The notes under the pieces are model-generated. The model was not told where the DNA came from. It ran no database searches and saw only the letters and a program-made list of their open reading frames with translations. This document shows positions 61,572-64,000 of a DNA stretch of 64,000 nt, in pieces (within the stretch, counting starts at the first letter, position 1; every line of letters begins with the position of its first letter). The DNA is from Raillietiella orientalis (taxonomy: Eukaryota): positions 2,356,001 through 2,420,000 of the forward strand of contig JAYWIR010000027.1 of the NCBI GenBank assembly GCA_036172245.1, given 5' to 3'. The translations under genes and the position numbers were made by a program.

Positions 61572-64000
61572 GGCCTTCTTCCCTCAATCGTTAACGTCTA
61601 TTTCTGATGTGCGCCACCAGACCCGCATTTCCGAAGGTTGTACACTTTGATGAGAGTACGGGGCGGCCCAAAGTGAACCTTACGCCCCCTCCGAAGGCTG
61701 GGGGGTATCATCGCCGAAGCTCAACCGGGAAAGTGTGCACGCCGAGCAAGCTGGCGCTCGAGGACGTGGTCACCGTGGTCAAGTCCTATGCACTTGTCGA
61801 TGCGTGTTGTTCTGCCAAGAATTCCAGATGCAAGGGCGTCGGAGCAGTGTTGAGACGCGCGTTCTTATCGCCCCGTTCGTGAACCCAGCAGTGGACCGAA
61901 GCGTCGCCCACACAAAAGCCTGAGGGAGCAAGGGTGCTTTGGACACGCAGCGTCGATGCTCTTGGAGAGAGGAAAGTTCTTTTCATCTTTGCGCAGACTG
62001 GAGGCGACTCTGCAAAAGGCTGAGACTGCTGCAGGGTACACCGCGGAAGACAAACAGTCTGAACAGCAGTGGGTTCATTCACTTGAAAGGCACATTCCAT
62101 CCAAACGAAACCAATAAACACGTCCGAGCTTCCTTGTCCTCTTGCACCGGCCGCTTCTCGCACTTAGACCGATCCCTCTCAGCTCGAGCTGAAACGGGTC
62201 GGGAGGAGGAGGAGGAGGAGGAAGAAATCTGGAACCCAGCGTCGCAAACCCGGCGCAGAAGGCTACATGCAGCACCGCCACTTGGCAAACGAACCGACAG
62301 GCACGGGGGCACGAGACTGCAAGGAAGGTACCCTGGATGAGAAGCTCCCCTCCCCCAGAACGCCCGTTTCCAAGTGGACTGCCCCACGTGGCGCTTGGAT
62401 TTGGGGGGAAAGGTGGTCGGCATAGGGTCTGGATGTTGGTGGTCGTCCTGTTCGGGTTGATCAACGCTGCGGCGACGCAATCTAGTTCTAATTTTGCTTC
62501 AGGGAACAAATCCAGGACAGGGCAAACACCAAAGCGCAAGCGGGTGGGGGGTTCCGGACAAGCCGGAAGGTGGCACGCCCGAGCACCGTGGGCAGGCGGC
62601 GCCGAGCCTACGAAGGAACGGCGTGGGGAGAAAACGACGGCGCTCCTGCACCTGTCTCGGGAAAGCCAAGAAAAAAAAAACAAAAAACAAAACGCACAGT
62701 GCCGGATGTGACGCGGCTCGACGCGCCACTCGAGATCCACGATGGGAATTCCAGCGCCTCTTTCTTCTACGTGTTCCCGAGTCCCACCCGCATCACCCAC
62801 TGCTGCTGCTGCTTGGGAAAAAGCTGCGGTCTGCGAGTCGAGATGCGCGCAGTGCCCAACTTTCCGCCCTGTGCCACTTCCGCACGTGTCTTCGGCAGCC
62901 TCCTGTGGCTCGAAGACTGGAATTCCTCAGGCTGCACGTCGGAACCGCCGGTTTCCACGACCGGCACAGCGAGTGGTTTTCAAAAAAAAAAAAAAAAAAC
63001 CCTCAAAGTGCACACGCACAGGAGACGGGGAGAGAACCGTGGCGTCTTGCTCGACAGCTGCTGAGTGCTGAGTCCTGTCCTCTCCGGCTGGAGGTGCTAC
63101 ACTTTGATCTTAACCAAGCACACACACACACACACAAAGGCGAGGCACGGAGACCCCGAATTGGTATATATAAAATAATTCACATACTTTTATTCATATC
63201 AATACTGTCAATAATTGTATCAAAATTTGCTCTAATGTTCAGAGATAAAATTTATCAGTTTGCACTACACAACACTGCATTCGCTTCTCAACATGGGTGC
63301 TACAGCTTTAAGAAACTAATACTGTATGAGAATGGCAGTTGAATTTTTAACGCTACAGCTTCAGTTAAGAAGACTGGAGTTGCTAGATTTCTGGGCACAT
63401 CAAACTCGCTTTAACGTGTGGATGGTTTCTTTTTCAAAAGAAGCTCCTTGATGTCTTGTACGTTTACGTTCACTTTTTCGCGGCGTTCCATCACAGTGGA
63501 ACTAAAGCAGAATCTTGAAAATAAAATGCACAATTAGCGCAAAAAGGGGGGGGGGGGAATCAAACCAGGCAAGAAAAGAAAAGGAGAGAGAAAAAAAAAA
63601 GTAAATAAATGACATCACAATTTTGACAACAGTCGTAGGCAATGCACATCTCGCTTCTATTCGCTTTGCAAACGGGACAGCACCTTTGGCAAAATGATGG
63701 TTCGGGGCTTACGGGCAAGAATAATTCGGCCGGGCTGGTCTACAAAGAGCCGCGGTTCTTACGATGATGAGGAATCATCATCGGACCTTCCACCTTTCTA
63801 CTACTCGCGCCTTTGCCGGGCAGCCCGGAAGGGTCAACGTACGTCCGATGAGTTCTTACACCGCGGCGCGGCAGCCGCGGACCCTCCGAAGGGTCTCGGG
63901 GGCGACTTACACAGCAGGGCTCGCAAAAGGGTCAAGGGGAAGCACAAGAGGAGGGAGGTGGGTGGTGGTGGTGGTTCGCGGCGCGAAACCTTCAAGAGAA

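Noticed and set aside
1..64000. Prokaryotic systems (CRISPR array, operons, defence islands)
   Set aside because: No regularly spaced repeat-spacer array and no long intronless recognisable ORFs. The genes are spliceosomal and eukaryotic.

Overview
Eukaryotic nuclear DNA with spliceosomal GT-AG introns. Several introns are only 46-55 nt and some acceptors are TTTCAG-type, so a nematode is my inference. Three conserved multi-exon genes lie on the + strand, and I could splice each by hand into an uninterrupted frame: an SMPD4/neutral sphingomyelinase-3-like gene (2318-11863, 12 exons, about 718 aa), a PGM3/AGM1 phosphoacetylglucosamine mutase-like gene (15965-25387, 12 exons, about 555 aa) and a SPAK/OSR1 (gck-3/fray-like) Ste20 kinase (46846-54115, 11 exons, about 503 aa). 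The most striking observation is that the PGM3-like gene is full-length and intact yet has lost the phosphoserine loop, two of three metal-binding Asp residues, the sugar-binding loop and the phosphate-binding loop, so it looks like a retained pseudoenzyme. The window also holds a decayed mitochondrial insertion (NUMT) with nad6, a possible nad3 and 12S rRNA on the opposite strand (about 43990-46070). Repeats and remnants include three copies of a hairpin-rich SINE-like element (two with a tRNA-like head), an L1/Tx1-type zinc-knuckle LINE remnant, a 5' U2 snRNA fragment with an A tail, and two long perfect palindromes. Base composition forms a sawtooth from AT-rich to GC-rich, and the GC-rich 26-43.6 kb block probably hides an unassigned orphan gene. 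Most ORF-track entries in GC-rich regions are judged spurious. All homology calls come from recalled motifs, not database searches.
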